From contig CBFGOJ010000016.1 in the NCBI GenBank assembly GCA_965650365.1, forward strand, positions 12,710-76,709: DNA of 64,000 nucleotides, read 5' to 3'. This document shows positions 8,501-16,848 of the stretch, one piece after another. The first letter of the stretch is position 1, and each line of letters begins with the position of its first letter. Under the pieces are notes generated by a model. It made no database searches. It was not told the origin of the DNA and was given only the letters and a program-made list of their open reading frames with translations. Origin of the DNA: an uncultured Fluviicola sp. (GTDB lineage: Bacteria > Bacteroidota > Bacteroidia > Flavobacteriales_D > Crocinitomicaceae). The position numbers and the translations under genes are program-made.

Positions 8501-9756
8501 TTACTGGAGAAATATTTTTCTTTGACGGAATAGTTTCTTCCGTTTGCCTTCGACCATTCGATTGCTTCCTGCTCATTTACGAACGCTTTGGCATCCAAAC
8601 CGGTTTCATCATTTTGAACCACAAAACGACGTACGTAGAAAGGAGATCCATCCTGGTACTGATCCTGACTTGCCAACTTGGAATTCCAGTGGTTTCCGTT
8701 TAGAATTGGCCATGATCCATATTGCTCACGTTTCAGGTAAGCGTGAAGTGTAACCAGGTTTTCAGGGTCATTTTCATCCAAAGGCGTGTTTGCATTGGAA
8801 CGAATGACGATAACGGCAAATGAACCATAACCGATTAAAAGGAAAGCTAAACTCCACAAAGCAGTATTTAAGATCGGTTTTGCCTTCTTCTTCGCGTATC
8901 TGAATGCCCACATGAACAATCCGATCAATAAAAGGAAGAAGAAAATGGTTCCCGAAAAGAATGGCAAACCGAAAGAATTTACAAAAGCAACCTCGAAAGA
9001 AGAAGCAACTGCAACGGATCCCGGGATGATTCCTTCCTGAACGAAAGCAAGAACGACTACCGAAATCAAACCTGTCAGGATAATTCCTTTAAAGGTGGTT
9101 TTTTCCCAAAGGTTAAAGTACATCACGAAAGCAATTGCCGGAACGGCAAGTAGACCCAATAAATGGACTCCGATCGCCAAACCGAACATGAACCAGATCA
9201 GGATCATCCAACGCATCGGAGATCTTCCGTCTTTAATTTCACCGTGTTTGATACCAATCATTTCAGCATCCCATTTCAGGATCATCCAGAAAATGGCAGC
9301 AGTGAAAAGAGATGACATCGCATAAACCTCCCCTTCAACAGCAGAGAACCAGAATGAATCAGAGAATGTGTAAGCTAATGCACCAACAACTCCCGCACCA
9401 ATTGTAGCGATCTGATCACCTCGTGACCAATCTCTGTCTTTGCGCTGCATGATCTTTTTACCAAACATGGTAATAGACCAATACATGAATAAAATAGTAA
9501 ATGAACTGGATAAAGCTGAAAGACGGTTGATCCAAACGGCTACCATTTCCGGCTCCGCGAAGAATGAGAATAAACGTCCTAAGACCATGAACAAGGGTGC
9601 GCCCGGAGGGTGACCAACTTCTAATTTATTTGCTGCAGTAATATATTCCCCGCAATCCCATAGTGAAACAGTGTCTTCAAGGGTAAGGAAATAAACAATC
9701 GTTGCGATTAAAAAAACAAACCAGCCTGTTAGGTTATTCAGTTTATTGTAATTCAT
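5593..9756 (-). CDS. DUF2723 multi-pass membrane protein (GT-C fold, TMEM260-like glycosyltransferase)
   Basis: SLWDCGEYI...GHPPGAP, WFSAVEGEVYA, PRERDYAY and GDNDTFPLWY motifs, with many TM helices. Confidence 0.88.
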   Translation of the reverse strand: MNYNKLNNLTGWFVFLIATIVYFLTLEDTVSLWDCGEYITAANKLEVGHPPGAPLFMVLGRLFSFFAEPEMVAVWINRLSALSSSFTILFMYWSITMFGKKIMQRKDRDWSRGDQIATIGAGVVGALAYTFSDSFWFSAVEGEVYAMSSLFTAAIFWMILKWDAEMIGIKHGEIKDGRSPMRWMILIWFMFGLAIGVHLLGLLAVPAIAFVMYFNLWEKTTFKGIILTGLISVVVLAFVQEGIIPGSVAVASSFEVAFVNSFGLPFFSGTIFFFLLLIGLFMWAFRYAKKKAKPILNTALWSLAFLLIGYGSFAVIVIRSNANTPLDENDPENLVTLHAYLKREQYGSWPILNGNHWNSKLASQDQYQDGSPFYVRRFVVQNDETGLDAKAFVNEQEAIEWSKANGRNYSVKEKYFSSNESVRIGSKQVYEPSQTTFLPRMYYTSNNPNDPKIVAYKNWSGYDATDATESDEIGTDGLRLPRFGENMEYMFSYQMNWMYWRYFMWNFSGRQNDFQGHGDQMRGNWISGFSVIDDARLGNQEHAPYYTLENPAHNNFWMLPLVLGVIGIIFHFYRAPKDAFIVFLTFIFTGFAIVIYLNQKPYEPRERDYAYAASFYAFAFWIGLSVLALYDAYKNFTKEDWGKIMIGFGSLSGLILIFAAAGGFFIFGAWLIIALIALALLGIAFGLRKVLPNNAMAASIFTILLLFVPYIMGEQGWDDHDRSNKSSAHDLAYNYLKSCAKNGIIFSVGDNDTFPLWYLQEVEGVSTDVRVCNTSLFDTDWYTNQMKMKMYDSEPLPITFREDQILQWAGGTDQAFFMSSSQMLAQGIDRETLEKLFRMKLKYSPREFKQAFGNFKNTASSVLSTVKAKDVSFDPRINEIRQIFNNASADSADFALLENMDNGIREIFDGYSNGILEADVKGLETLQQIATSWEDGWSFLPLKDVITFMQDDKNMIKYGTASLRVIPSTGFILPVNKKNALASGIISKEEVANCEDEIRFRFNSNSVQAITKSDIMILDMLAHNDWKRPMYFTSPGNTEVSTAMYQSGHLRTNGMAWEITPILAQGKTPINEKLMYKHIMETYHFGKMNDPDVLTDYYARRQTVQFRTMFAQLAEHYVLEAEQMEMSKEQYGPMLKNLRASGQARVADSLENTFKGSMGLTVQQLRKKAAQVIHKSLEVMPANIVLDYGEKPSSAGPIKDANGLDYQQYQDGVLQDYVGLLYRAGDKAGAEKLGAEVARQLESILGYFKNSPANFAASNESDYIAAVINYATIHKFAGDPRIAGENGALVNRTTKGLSELYNVDLKRIYSELEQISLANGESPTSGNIAASKSRLQGTMNAIDFTFELTGTQVPMAPQPAPTGMPSDAILPETLPKGAESDSEPIVG

Positions 9757-9921
9757 GATTTACTTTGAAAGTTTGACTCGCGAAGTTATAAATATATTGC
9801 GACGATTCCTCATAGAAACGGTGAAAATTGCTAAATGAATGAAATTCAATCATTTTTAACTTTTTTGCCCGAAAAAACGAACTTTTTTTAAAAGATCCCT
9901 TGGAGAAAAAGAATTTAGTAT

Positions 9922-9929
9922 TAACTTTG
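9922..9929 (+). promoter_or_regulatory. Bacteroidota -7 promoter box for tRNA-Gln
   Basis: TAACTTTG (TAnnTTTG) 10 nt before the tRNA. Confidence 0.75.
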
Positions 9930-9939
9930 CCCTCGCAAT

Positions 9940-10012
9940 TGGCCCATGGTGTAACTGGCAACACGTCGGTTTTTGGTACCGAAGAGTCTAGGTTCGAGCC
10001 CTAGTGGGCCAA
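9940..10012 (+). tRNA. tRNA-Gln: tRNA-Gln (anticodon TTG)
   Basis: Acceptor TGGCCCA/TGGGCCA, anticodon arm TCGGT-TTTTGGT-ACCGA, T-loop GGTTCGAGCC. Confidence 0.97.
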
Positions 10013-10025
10013 CAATGAAAGGGAG

Positions 10026-10058
10026 AAAAAAGGAGTTTAGAAATAAGCTCCTTTTTTT
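10026..10058 (+). terminator. Intrinsic terminator after tRNA-Gln
   Basis: AAAAAAGGAGTTT...AAGCTCCTTTTTTT hairpin with T-run. Confidence 0.75.
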
Positions 10059-10324
10059 GTGGGCATAAGTTTGGTGGTGGAAGTTGCGACAAATCGACAA
10101 ATCAAGTGGGGATTGAATTCATCATTCATCATTCATTGTTCTTTCATCTATTAACTATTCATGATTCGAAACAAGACCTATAACAATATGGGCATATCTT
10201 CCTTTAAAGAGTCGCAGGTGGAATTCAAATATCTTTTCCTTTTCTCCTCCTGTTTTCTCATTCTTTAACTTCTCCCAAACTCTTTTTCTCTTAACTTAGA
10301 AATTGTAACGCAAAAATGAGGGGT

Positions 10325-10453
10325 ATGAAAAAGCAGTTTTATCTTGCAAAAGAGCAGAAGTTTTGTCCGGCGTGTGGAACGCCATTACCAGAAGGACATG
10401 CACAATGTCCGAATCCAACTTGTCCGGCTAATCAGCCGCCGCCGGTTCATTAA
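10325..10453 (+). CDS. 42-aa zinc-ribbon small protein (not in ORF track)
   Basis: MKKQFYLAKEQKFCPACGTPLPEGHAQCPNPTCPANQPPPVH*. CxxC-x10-CxxxxC pattern, followed by a terminator. Confidence 0.7.
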   Translation: MKKQFYLAKEQKFCPACGTPLPEGHAQCPNPTCPANQPPPVH

Positions 10454-10478
10454 TCGGTCAGGTTTCCAACAAAATATG

Positions 10479-10509
10479 AAGCTTTCCGCTGTGGTGGAAA
10501 GCTTTTTTT
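10479..10509 (+). terminator. Intrinsic terminator after the zinc-ribbon ORF
   Basis: AAGCTTTCC-GCTGTGGT-GGAAAGCTT followed by a T-run. Confidence 0.75.
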
Positions 10510-10515
10510 CATTCT

Positions 10516-10575
10516 TCGAAGCTCGAAGAGCGAAGGAGAATTTATTCCTTCGAAGCTCGAAGTGCGTGGAAGGAT
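10516..10575 (+). repeat. 34-bp tandem repeat array A (about 1.8 units)
   Basis: TCGAAGCTCGAAGAGCGAAGGAGAATTTATTCCT plus a degenerate partial copy. Confidence 0.85.
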
Positions 10576-10706
10576 TCTTTTTATAAAGAATGTGAAAATC
10601 CGGATTTTAAAATTCCTTAACTTTTTCCGATTTCTTTTCTTGCTATTTTAGAATCAACAGAAAAGGCACAACGAATCAGAAGTCAATTCTGATCTCTCTA
10701 TATACT

Positions 10707-10740
10707 AAGCTTCATCGTCAATTCGGTGAAGCTTTTTTTT
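10707..10740 (+). terminator. Second terminator-like hairpin
   Basis: AAGCTTCATCG-TCAATT-CGGTGAAGCTT followed by a T-run. Confidence 0.65.
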
Positions 10741-10746
10741 TATTCT

Positions 10747-10841
10747 TCGAAGCTCGAAGAGCGAAGGAGAATTTATTCCGTCGAAGCTCGAAGAGCGAAG
10801 GAGAATTTATTCCGTCGAAGTTCGAAGAGCGACGAAAGAAT
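10747..10841 (+). repeat. 34-bp tandem repeat array B (about 2.8 units)
   Basis: Two identical units TCGAAGCTCGAAGAGCGAAGGAGAATTTATTCCG (10747-10780, 10781-10814) and a degenerate third. Confidence 0.9.
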
Positions 10842-10842
10842 C

Positions 10843-12405
10843 TCACTCCTTCACAAAATTCTGGATTCGTTTCATGTTCTCGGATTCATACAAAAACCAG
10901 TAAACACCTTTTTCGAGAGCAGAAAGATCTAACGTCAGGACTTCGTTGATGTCATTGAACTCTTTCAGCTTTGCCCCGCGTGAATCAAAGATTTGAAGTT
11001 TGTAGGGCTTGTTTTCAGGAAGCTGCACCTGGATCGTTCCGCTTGTTGGATTTGGAGCAAGCTTCAGACCTGAGTCCGGATAAGGGATTACCGGCGGTTC
11101 AATATAAGTGTAAACCGTGATTTTATCCGTTCCGGAATCTGCGCCGCCATTGTTACAGAGGTAAATCTTCTTTCCATCGGGAGAAACGGCTACATCACGG
11201 AGACGACCGTTTAACTGCTGATCCTCGCCAAAGAACCGTTTGGGATTTTCACTGCCTGAACTTTCTATTGTTCCCTGTGTATTTAACTTCACCTGGTACA
11301 GTTCCATGCGGGTATTATCTCCTTTTTTCAAGGTTACGAGCAGAATACTGTTCGTCCACTGCGGAATAGAATTGCTTTTGTAGTAAATTCCATCAGACGG
11401 AGCAACGGTGCACCAGGAAGTTCCATTATTGGAAGAAGGGAGCGGCTCGGCACAGAAAGAATAAATGGGTTCTATTAAATGATCGTTCGCGATTTGAGGA
11501 TGCGGCAGGTAATTATTCACATAAGCAGCTTCTCCCGGAAAATTATTGTCAGAATGATAGCCGCGCACATCCTTCCAGCCGTAGTTCATTCCTTTTTCCA
11601 GGATATTGATCTCGTCGTCAGTACGGTCTCCGTGTTCCAGGTCGTAAAGAATGTCGAGGTTTGAGTTATAAGCTAATCCTTGCGGATTGCGGTGTCCGCG
11701 GGTGTAAAAGGAATTTCCCGGAATCGGGTTATCTGCCGGGATACTTCCGTCCATATGGTAACGATGGATCTTTCCATTATCAGCAGCCGGGTCCTGGGCA
11801 AAATTATTCGGGTTATCCGATTGCGGATTGTAGCATTGCGGACTATTTGTTTCTGAAGCACCGTGATCACCGATTGATACAAAAAGATAAGGGATGTTAT
11901 TTCGCTTAACGGCCAGTAATCTTCCGCCCAGGTGATCGTACCCGGTTGATATTCCGCTTACAATATCCTGCGATGCAACTACCTGTTGTGTATTCAGATT
12001 CCATTCCAATCTTCTGATTTTGAATTTGGTTGCCGGACTTCCGGAAGTGCCTGAATTATAAGCATACATGAAATAAATAAAAGAAGAACCCGGAGTATTA
12101 AAATCAGGGTGTAATGCCAGGCCTAAGGTTCCGGCACCAATTCCAAGGTTCGGACAAAGCACGGAGGTTTCCAACGGACTTCCGCCGAAATAATCGTTTG
12201 CTGTATAAACGATGGTTTTGGCCCCTGTTTCCGGGTTGATTCTGGAAACTCTTCCATTGCTTTCTGTGACCCAAAGCATGGAGTCTGGTCCGTAAAAGAG
12301 TTCCCAGGGAGTTGAAACAGTCGTTGGAAGTTCGGAACGTACAAATGTTTGAGTATTTCCGGAAATGGAATGGAGCAGGATAAGGAGGAAGAGGAAATTC
12401 TTCAT
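10843..12405 (-). CDS. PQQ-dependent sugar dehydrogenase (GSDH family) with T9SS type A C-terminal domain
   Basis: PWEL, HLGGRL, GHRNPQGL, EHG..DDEIN and GRLRDVAVSPDG motifs. C-terminal LAPNPTSG...LDLSALEKGVY. Confidence 0.88.
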   Translation of the reverse strand: MKNFLFLLILLHSISGNTQTFVRSELPTTVSTPWELFYGPDSMLWVTESNGRVSRINPETGAKTIVYTANDYFGGSPLETSVLCPNLGIGAGTLGLALHPDFNTPGSSFIYFMYAYNSGTSGSPATKFKIRRLEWNLNTQQVVASQDIVSGISTGYDHLGGRLLAVKRNNIPYLFVSIGDHGASETNSPQCYNPQSDNPNNFAQDPAADNGKIHRYHMDGSIPADNPIPGNSFYTRGHRNPQGLAYNSNLDILYDLEHGDRTDDEINILEKGMNYGWKDVRGYHSDNNFPGEAAYVNNYLPHPQIANDHLIEPIYSFCAEPLPSSNNGTSWCTVAPSDGIYYKSNSIPQWTNSILLVTLKKGDNTRMELYQVKLNTQGTIESSGSENPKRFFGEDQQLNGRLRDVAVSPDGKKIYLCNNGGADSGTDKITVYTYIEPPVIPYPDSGLKLAPNPTSGTIQVQLPENKPYKLQIFDSRGAKLKEFNDINEVLTLDLSALEKGVYWFLYESENMKRIQNFVKE

Positions 12406-12520
12406 GAATGATGGAGTTGATTCATTAAAAGTACAGCTTTCAAGAATAGCTTGTTAGATTTCACATTCAAATACAACTTCTTTTCCGTAAAGTGTATCTT
12501 TGTAGGATATATTAAATGAC

Positions 12521-13558
12521 ATGTCGGAAGAAAAAAGAACGGACCTGGAATCCCTGGGAGAATTTGGGACCATTGATTTATTGACGAAGAATTTCCTGAT
12601 CACCAGAGAATCAACAGCTTTCGGGATTGGGGACGATGCGGCTGTTTTGGAAAGAAATGAAGAGCAATACACATTGATTTCCACAGACATGCTGGTGGAA
12701 GGAGTTCATTTCAATTTAATGTATGTTCCTTTTAAGCATTTGGGATACAAATCAGTGGCGGTAAATTTATCTGATATTGCTGCGATGAACGGAACTCCCG
12801 AACAAATTACAGTATCAATAGCTGTATCGAACAGATTTCCTTTGGAGGCTTTGGAAGAATTGTACGATGGAATCCGCCTGGCTTGTCAGCATTATAAAGT
12901 TGACCTCATTGGTGGGGATACAACTTCATCTCGTTCGGGGTTAGTGATTTCGGTAACTGCTGTTGGTGTGGTGGATAAATCCAAAGTAGTTTACAGGTCC
13001 GGTGCCCAGTCGAATGATCTTTTGGTAGTTTCCGGAGATTTGGGTGCTGCTTATGTTGGCTTGCAGGTGCTGGAACGTGAAAAGAGCGTTTTTGAGGCAA
13101 ACCCGGAAATTCAACCTGACCTGGATGGAAAGGATTACATTGTTGAAAGACAGTTGAAACCGGAAGCGCGATTAGATATCATCACTTATTTGAAAGAATT
13201 GGATGTTGTTCCAACTGCCATGATAGATGTTTCGGACGGATTGGCTTCAGAAGTACTGCATATTTGTAAATCGAGTAAAAAAGGAGCAATGGTCTACAAT
13301 GCAAAACTTCCTATTGATTCGTTGACTTCAACGACAGCAATTGATTTTAATTTGGATCCTACAACCTGCGTATTGAACGGAGGAGAGGATTATGAGTTAT
13401 TGTTTACAGTTTCCCAAAATGATTTTGAAAAAATTAAAGGAAATCCTCACATGACGATTATCGGTTATATGACGGATGCAAGTGAAGGTGTTTACTTGGT
13501 TGATACCAATGAATCTTTAATTCCGTTGAGAGCTCAGGGTTGGGATCATTTCCAATAA
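12521..13558 (+). CDS. thiL: Thiamine-monophosphate kinase
   Basis: LGEFG, IGDDAAV, DMLVEGVHF, NLSDIAAM, GGDT, IDVSDGL, GGEDYELLFT. Confidence 0.96.
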   Translation: MSEEKRTDLESLGEFGTIDLLTKNFLITRESTAFGIGDDAAVLERNEEQYTLISTDMLVEGVHFNLMYVPFKHLGYKSVAVNLSDIAAMNGTPEQITVSIAVSNRFPLEALEELYDGIRLACQHYKVDLIGGDTTSSRSGLVISVTAVGVVDKSKVVYRSGAQSNDLLVVSGDLGAAYVGLQVLEREKSVFEANPEIQPDLDGKDYIVERQLKPEARLDIITYLKELDVVPTAMIDVSDGLASEVLHICKSSKKGAMVYNAKLPIDSLTSTTAIDFNLDPTTCVLNGGEDYELLFTVSQNDFEKIKGNPHMTIIGYMTDASEGVYLVDTNESLIPLRAQGWDHFQ

Positions 13559-13578
13559 GAGATTGCCAATTTATAGCA

Positions 13579-13613
13579 CAAAAAAAATCCCGATTCATTG
13601 AACCGGGATTTTT
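13579..13613. terminator. Bidirectional terminator between thiL and the convergent lipoprotein gene
   Basis: AAAAAAAATCCCGATTCA-TTGAACCGGGATTTTTT. Confidence 0.75.
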
Positions 13614-13897
13614 TATTTATTGTCTTTCTGATCTTTCTTTCTTAATGGATCGGTGATCTCTCCTCCGTTTGGATCCGGATCAACCGTTGGATTGCCGGTA
13701 GTAGTACCACCACCGCCTCCTATAGCGTTTGCATTTCCTGATCCGTCATTGGTGGACCCAGGAGTTTCATTGGTAAGATTTTTTAGTTCTTCCGTTGTCG
13801 TTGGCTCCATACATCCGTGAGTTCTAGGGCGAATGTCAGCTTTCTCACAAGCTGTGAACACGACTAATAATAATGCTATAAGTGTTATCTTTTTCAT
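13613..13897 (-). CDS. Small hypothetical lipoprotein with low-complexity Gly/Thr/Asn tail
   Basis: MKKITLIALLLVVFTAC lipobox. Start moved to ATG at 13897. Confidence 0.65.
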   Translation of the reverse strand: MKKITLIALLLVVFTACEKADIRPRTHGCMEPTTTEELKNLTNETPGSTNDGSGNANAIGGGGGTTTGNPTVDPDPNGGEITDPLRKKDQKDNK

Positions 13898-13932
13898 ATC
13901 GTAAAAACGCATACTGAACAAATATAAACTAT

Positions 13933-16848
13933 TTAATCATTCATTTCCAAATTTTCATAAGGAATTTTGATTAAAACCCTCGTTCCTTTGATTGAACGGT
14001 CAGGATTCGTCATTTGAAAGGGACCAATCAGCTCGTAATCTTGGTTCCACATTTGTCGGATCAGGTCTATTCTTTTGGAAGTGATTTCCATTCCCTGCGA
14101 CTTGTGATCGCCTTTAAAACGGGCCTTTTTATTCAAACTGTAGTCAATCCCGATTCCATTATCATCCATGCAGATTTCCAATTGATCACCAAGTGCTTTT
14201 ATGGTCACCACAATTTCTCCTTTTTTGGTTTCATCCGGAAGAATTCCATGAATAATACTGTTTTCCACAAATGGTTGGAGAAGCATTGCCGGAACGTTTA
14301 CTTGCTCAAGATCAATGTCCTGGTTGTCAATTCGATAAGTGAACCGGTCTTTAAATCGCATGGCTTCCAGTGAAAGGTACAATTCCAGCCGCTCGAGTTC
14401 CTGATGCAGGGTTACTACATTATCTCCTTCGGAAGCGCTGTCGAGGTTCTTGCGGATCAGTTTTGCAAAACTGGTTAAATACCTGTTTGCAGATACACGG
14501 TCCTGTGTGTTAATGAAGTATTGAATAGAGTTGAGTGAGTTGAAAATAAAATGGCGGTTCATACTTGCATTCAGAGATTGCTGCTCTAAGGCAAGCAAAC
14601 GTGATTTATTCTCTAAATTGACTTTGTAGTTGCGTTCTCTTTCGCGCTTGATCTGTAATCTGAAATAATAACGTATTCCAAGTGCAATGGCTGCAAATAC
14701 AAGGATATAGAACCACCAGGTTCTCCAGAAAGGAGGCGTGATCGTAATTGCAAATGAACTGATCTCCGAGATTTTCTTAGTTCCGGAAATAGCACGAATG
14801 TGCAGGGTGTAATCTCCCGCGTCCAGGTTGGAAAGAATGATTGTTGGGTTTAAAGTAGGCGGGGACCATTTATCGGATTCACCTTCCAGCCAATATTGAA
14901 AAGTAACCGATTCGGGATCTTCCATCGAAATTCCGTCCAGGTCAATAATCAGGTTGTTCTTCGAATAGTTCAGTTTCAATCCGTTGTAAATTTCCGAAGG
15001 ATTGATTTCGCGGTAATTGACCAAAACGCGCGCTATGCTCAACTTGGGAGAAAAATCAGAGAATCCTTCTTCCAGCCCGAAATGAAGTTTTGCAAGTCCG
15101 TCAGTGGTGCCGAACCAAAAATTCCCGCCTTCATAAAGGGAAGAATTAATATTCGATTCCAGGTTAATCAACCCGTTATTGGTTCCGATATGCTTGACTA
15201 ATATTTGCGAGTTTTCCCGATTCTCAAAAACATATAAACCATCATTTGTCCCTACGAAAATGTGCTTTTCTACCCGCTGTATAAAATTGATGAAGCGTGC
15301 CCCGCTTTTGGAACTGTAGGAAACGGGCGCATAATTGATTCCGTCAAAAATAACCAGTCCGTTTTCAGTTCCTATCCAGATCCGGTTTTCAAAATCTGTT
15401 TCTATGGAAGAAATACTTGCTTTGAATTTTTTGAGCAGTTTCTGTGTTCTTTTTACAAGATCAAGTTCATACAATCCTTTGGATGTTGCTACCAGGATGT
15501 TTGAATAAGAGGGAGCAATGTCCCGAATATTCCCGTCTTTATTGAGATTGAACTTGAAGTAGGGGTAATAGTGCAGCGTGTTGTTTTCAATATAACCGAT
15601 ACTTTCTTCTCCGGCAACAATCAATCTGCCCTTAAAGGGTTTTAAAACCCGGAATGTCTTTGAGAAATTGGGGGAAAGATAACTTTTGGGCTCGGATATA
15701 AAATCCCAGCTGAAGATCCCAACATCTGTTGCGAACCAAGCCAATCCTTCAAAATATTCAATGTCCCAAATAGTGGTAGCCGGAATAGGAATTTGTTCGC
15801 AGGTACCGTCCAGCTTCATTTTGAATGCACCTTTATCGTAGGAGCCGAACAGGTAAGTACCGTTTTTCAGTTTCGCACCAGAAAGGATCAGGTCTGAAGG
15901 CATTCCTGTTTTTGTGGAATAGATTTGCAGGTTCTGATTGGCAAACCGGATCAATCCTTTTCCGTCGCTTCCAAACCAAATGTTTCCTTCCTTATCCTGG
16001 AAAGAACAATTGATCGTTTTAATCGGCAATCCGTTCGCTTCATTTAAATTAAGCTGTTTCATCTGGGAATTCAGCCTGATAATTCCTTCCGGTGAAGAAA
16101 GCCAAAGCTGGTTGGAGCGATCGCTGTTCAATGCCCCGATATACAAATCCTTCGATTGAACCGGGATAGAGTCGAATTTTTTAAAGTCAAAATCTGATCG
16201 GAATAACCCTTCAAATGAAGTGGAGATGAAAACGTGATCTTTTGTTAGGGCAATTCCGGAGATGCGGCGGTCTTTGAATGCTTCCACACGACTGAAATTG
16301 ACCAGGTCTTTGGTGAAATACAATCCGTCGCGGGTACCGATAAATAATTTTCCGTTGATTAATTCGAGATCTCTGCAGGTAGATGCATCCGGATTTTTAA
16401 GCGTAACTTTTGAAATATGTCCGTTCGAGATGATAAACAAACCGCTGCCTTCCGTAGAAACAATGACTTTTCCCTGGTAAGAGATAAAATCCGTAACGAT
16501 TACCGTTCGATTATTGTCTCCTAGTGAAAAAGTCTGTGCTTGATTATTGGTGATTTGCGTGATTCCGCCTTCATGACCAACCCAAATGGACTTTTGGATA
16601 AATTGAAGGCAGGAAATTCGGTTGTTGAACAAGCCTTGTTCCAGTGGAAAGGTTGTAAAGTTTTTCCCGTTGAATTTGGCTAAACCACCCAGGGTTCCAA
16701 CCCACAGATAGCCATCGTCATCCTGGGTGATGCATTGCACCTGTGACTGAGGTAAACCTTGTCCGTTGGAATAAGTAATGAAAGAATAGTCCTGGGCCAT
16801 TCCGGGAACAGAAACGGCCAGAAGGACTATTACTATGAATATCCTCAT
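13933..16848 (-). CDS. LytS/YehU-family sensor histidine kinase with beta-propeller (Reg_prop) and Y_Y_Y domains
   Basis: Repeated LW(V/I)GT propeller blades, YTLHIRA Y_Y_Y domain, TM helix, MNRHFIFNSLNSI (His_kinase), LLQPFVENSIIHG. Confidence 0.92.
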   Translation of the reverse strand: MRIFIVIVLLAVSVPGMAQDYSFITYSNGQGLPQSQVQCITQDDDGYLWVGTLGGLAKFNGKNFTTFPLEQGLFNNRISCLQFIQKSIWVGHEGGITQITNNQAQTFSLGDNNRTVIVTDFISYQGKVIVSTEGSGLFIISNGHISKVTLKNPDASTCRDLELINGKLFIGTRDGLYFTKDLVNFSRVEAFKDRRISGIALTKDHVFISTSFEGLFRSDFDFKKFDSIPVQSKDLYIGALNSDRSNQLWLSSPEGIIRLNSQMKQLNLNEANGLPIKTINCSFQDKEGNIWFGSDGKGLIRFANQNLQIYSTKTGMPSDLILSGAKLKNGTYLFGSYDKGAFKMKLDGTCEQIPIPATTIWDIEYFEGLAWFATDVGIFSWDFISEPKSYLSPNFSKTFRVLKPFKGRLIVAGEESIGYIENNTLHYYPYFKFNLNKDGNIRDIAPSYSNILVATSKGLYELDLVKRTQKLLKKFKASISSIETDFENRIWIGTENGLVIFDGINYAPVSYSSKSGARFINFIQRVEKHIFVGTNDGLYVFENRENSQILVKHIGTNNGLINLESNINSSLYEGGNFWFGTTDGLAKLHFGLEEGFSDFSPKLSIARVLVNYREINPSEIYNGLKLNYSKNNLIIDLDGISMEDPESVTFQYWLEGESDKWSPPTLNPTIILSNLDAGDYTLHIRAISGTKKISEISSFAITITPPFWRTWWFYILVFAAIALGIRYYFRLQIKRERERNYKVNLENKSRLLALEQQSLNASMNRHFIFNSLNSIQYFINTQDRVSANRYLTSFAKLIRKNLDSASEGDNVVTLHQELERLELYLSLEAMRFKDRFTYRIDNQDIDLEQVNVPAMLLQPFVENSIIHGILPDETKKGEIVVTIKALGDQLEICMDDNGIGIDYSLNKKARFKGDHKSQGMEITSKRIDLIRQMWNQDYELIGPFQMTNPDRSIKGTRVLIKIPYENLEMND

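Noticed and set aside
10161-10268. 35-aa ORF MIRNKTYNNMGISSF...FLIL
   Set aside because: No motif; its hydrophobic tail simply reflects a pyrimidine-rich tract. Cannot be supported.
10516-10841. 34-bp repeats as a CRISPR array
   Set aside because: Units are head-to-tail with no unique spacers, and no cas genes are in the window.
10344-10932. Track ORFs 10344..10586 and 10726..10932
   Set aside because: They read through terminators and the 34-bp repeats, and the first overlaps the better zinc-ribbon ORF out of frame.
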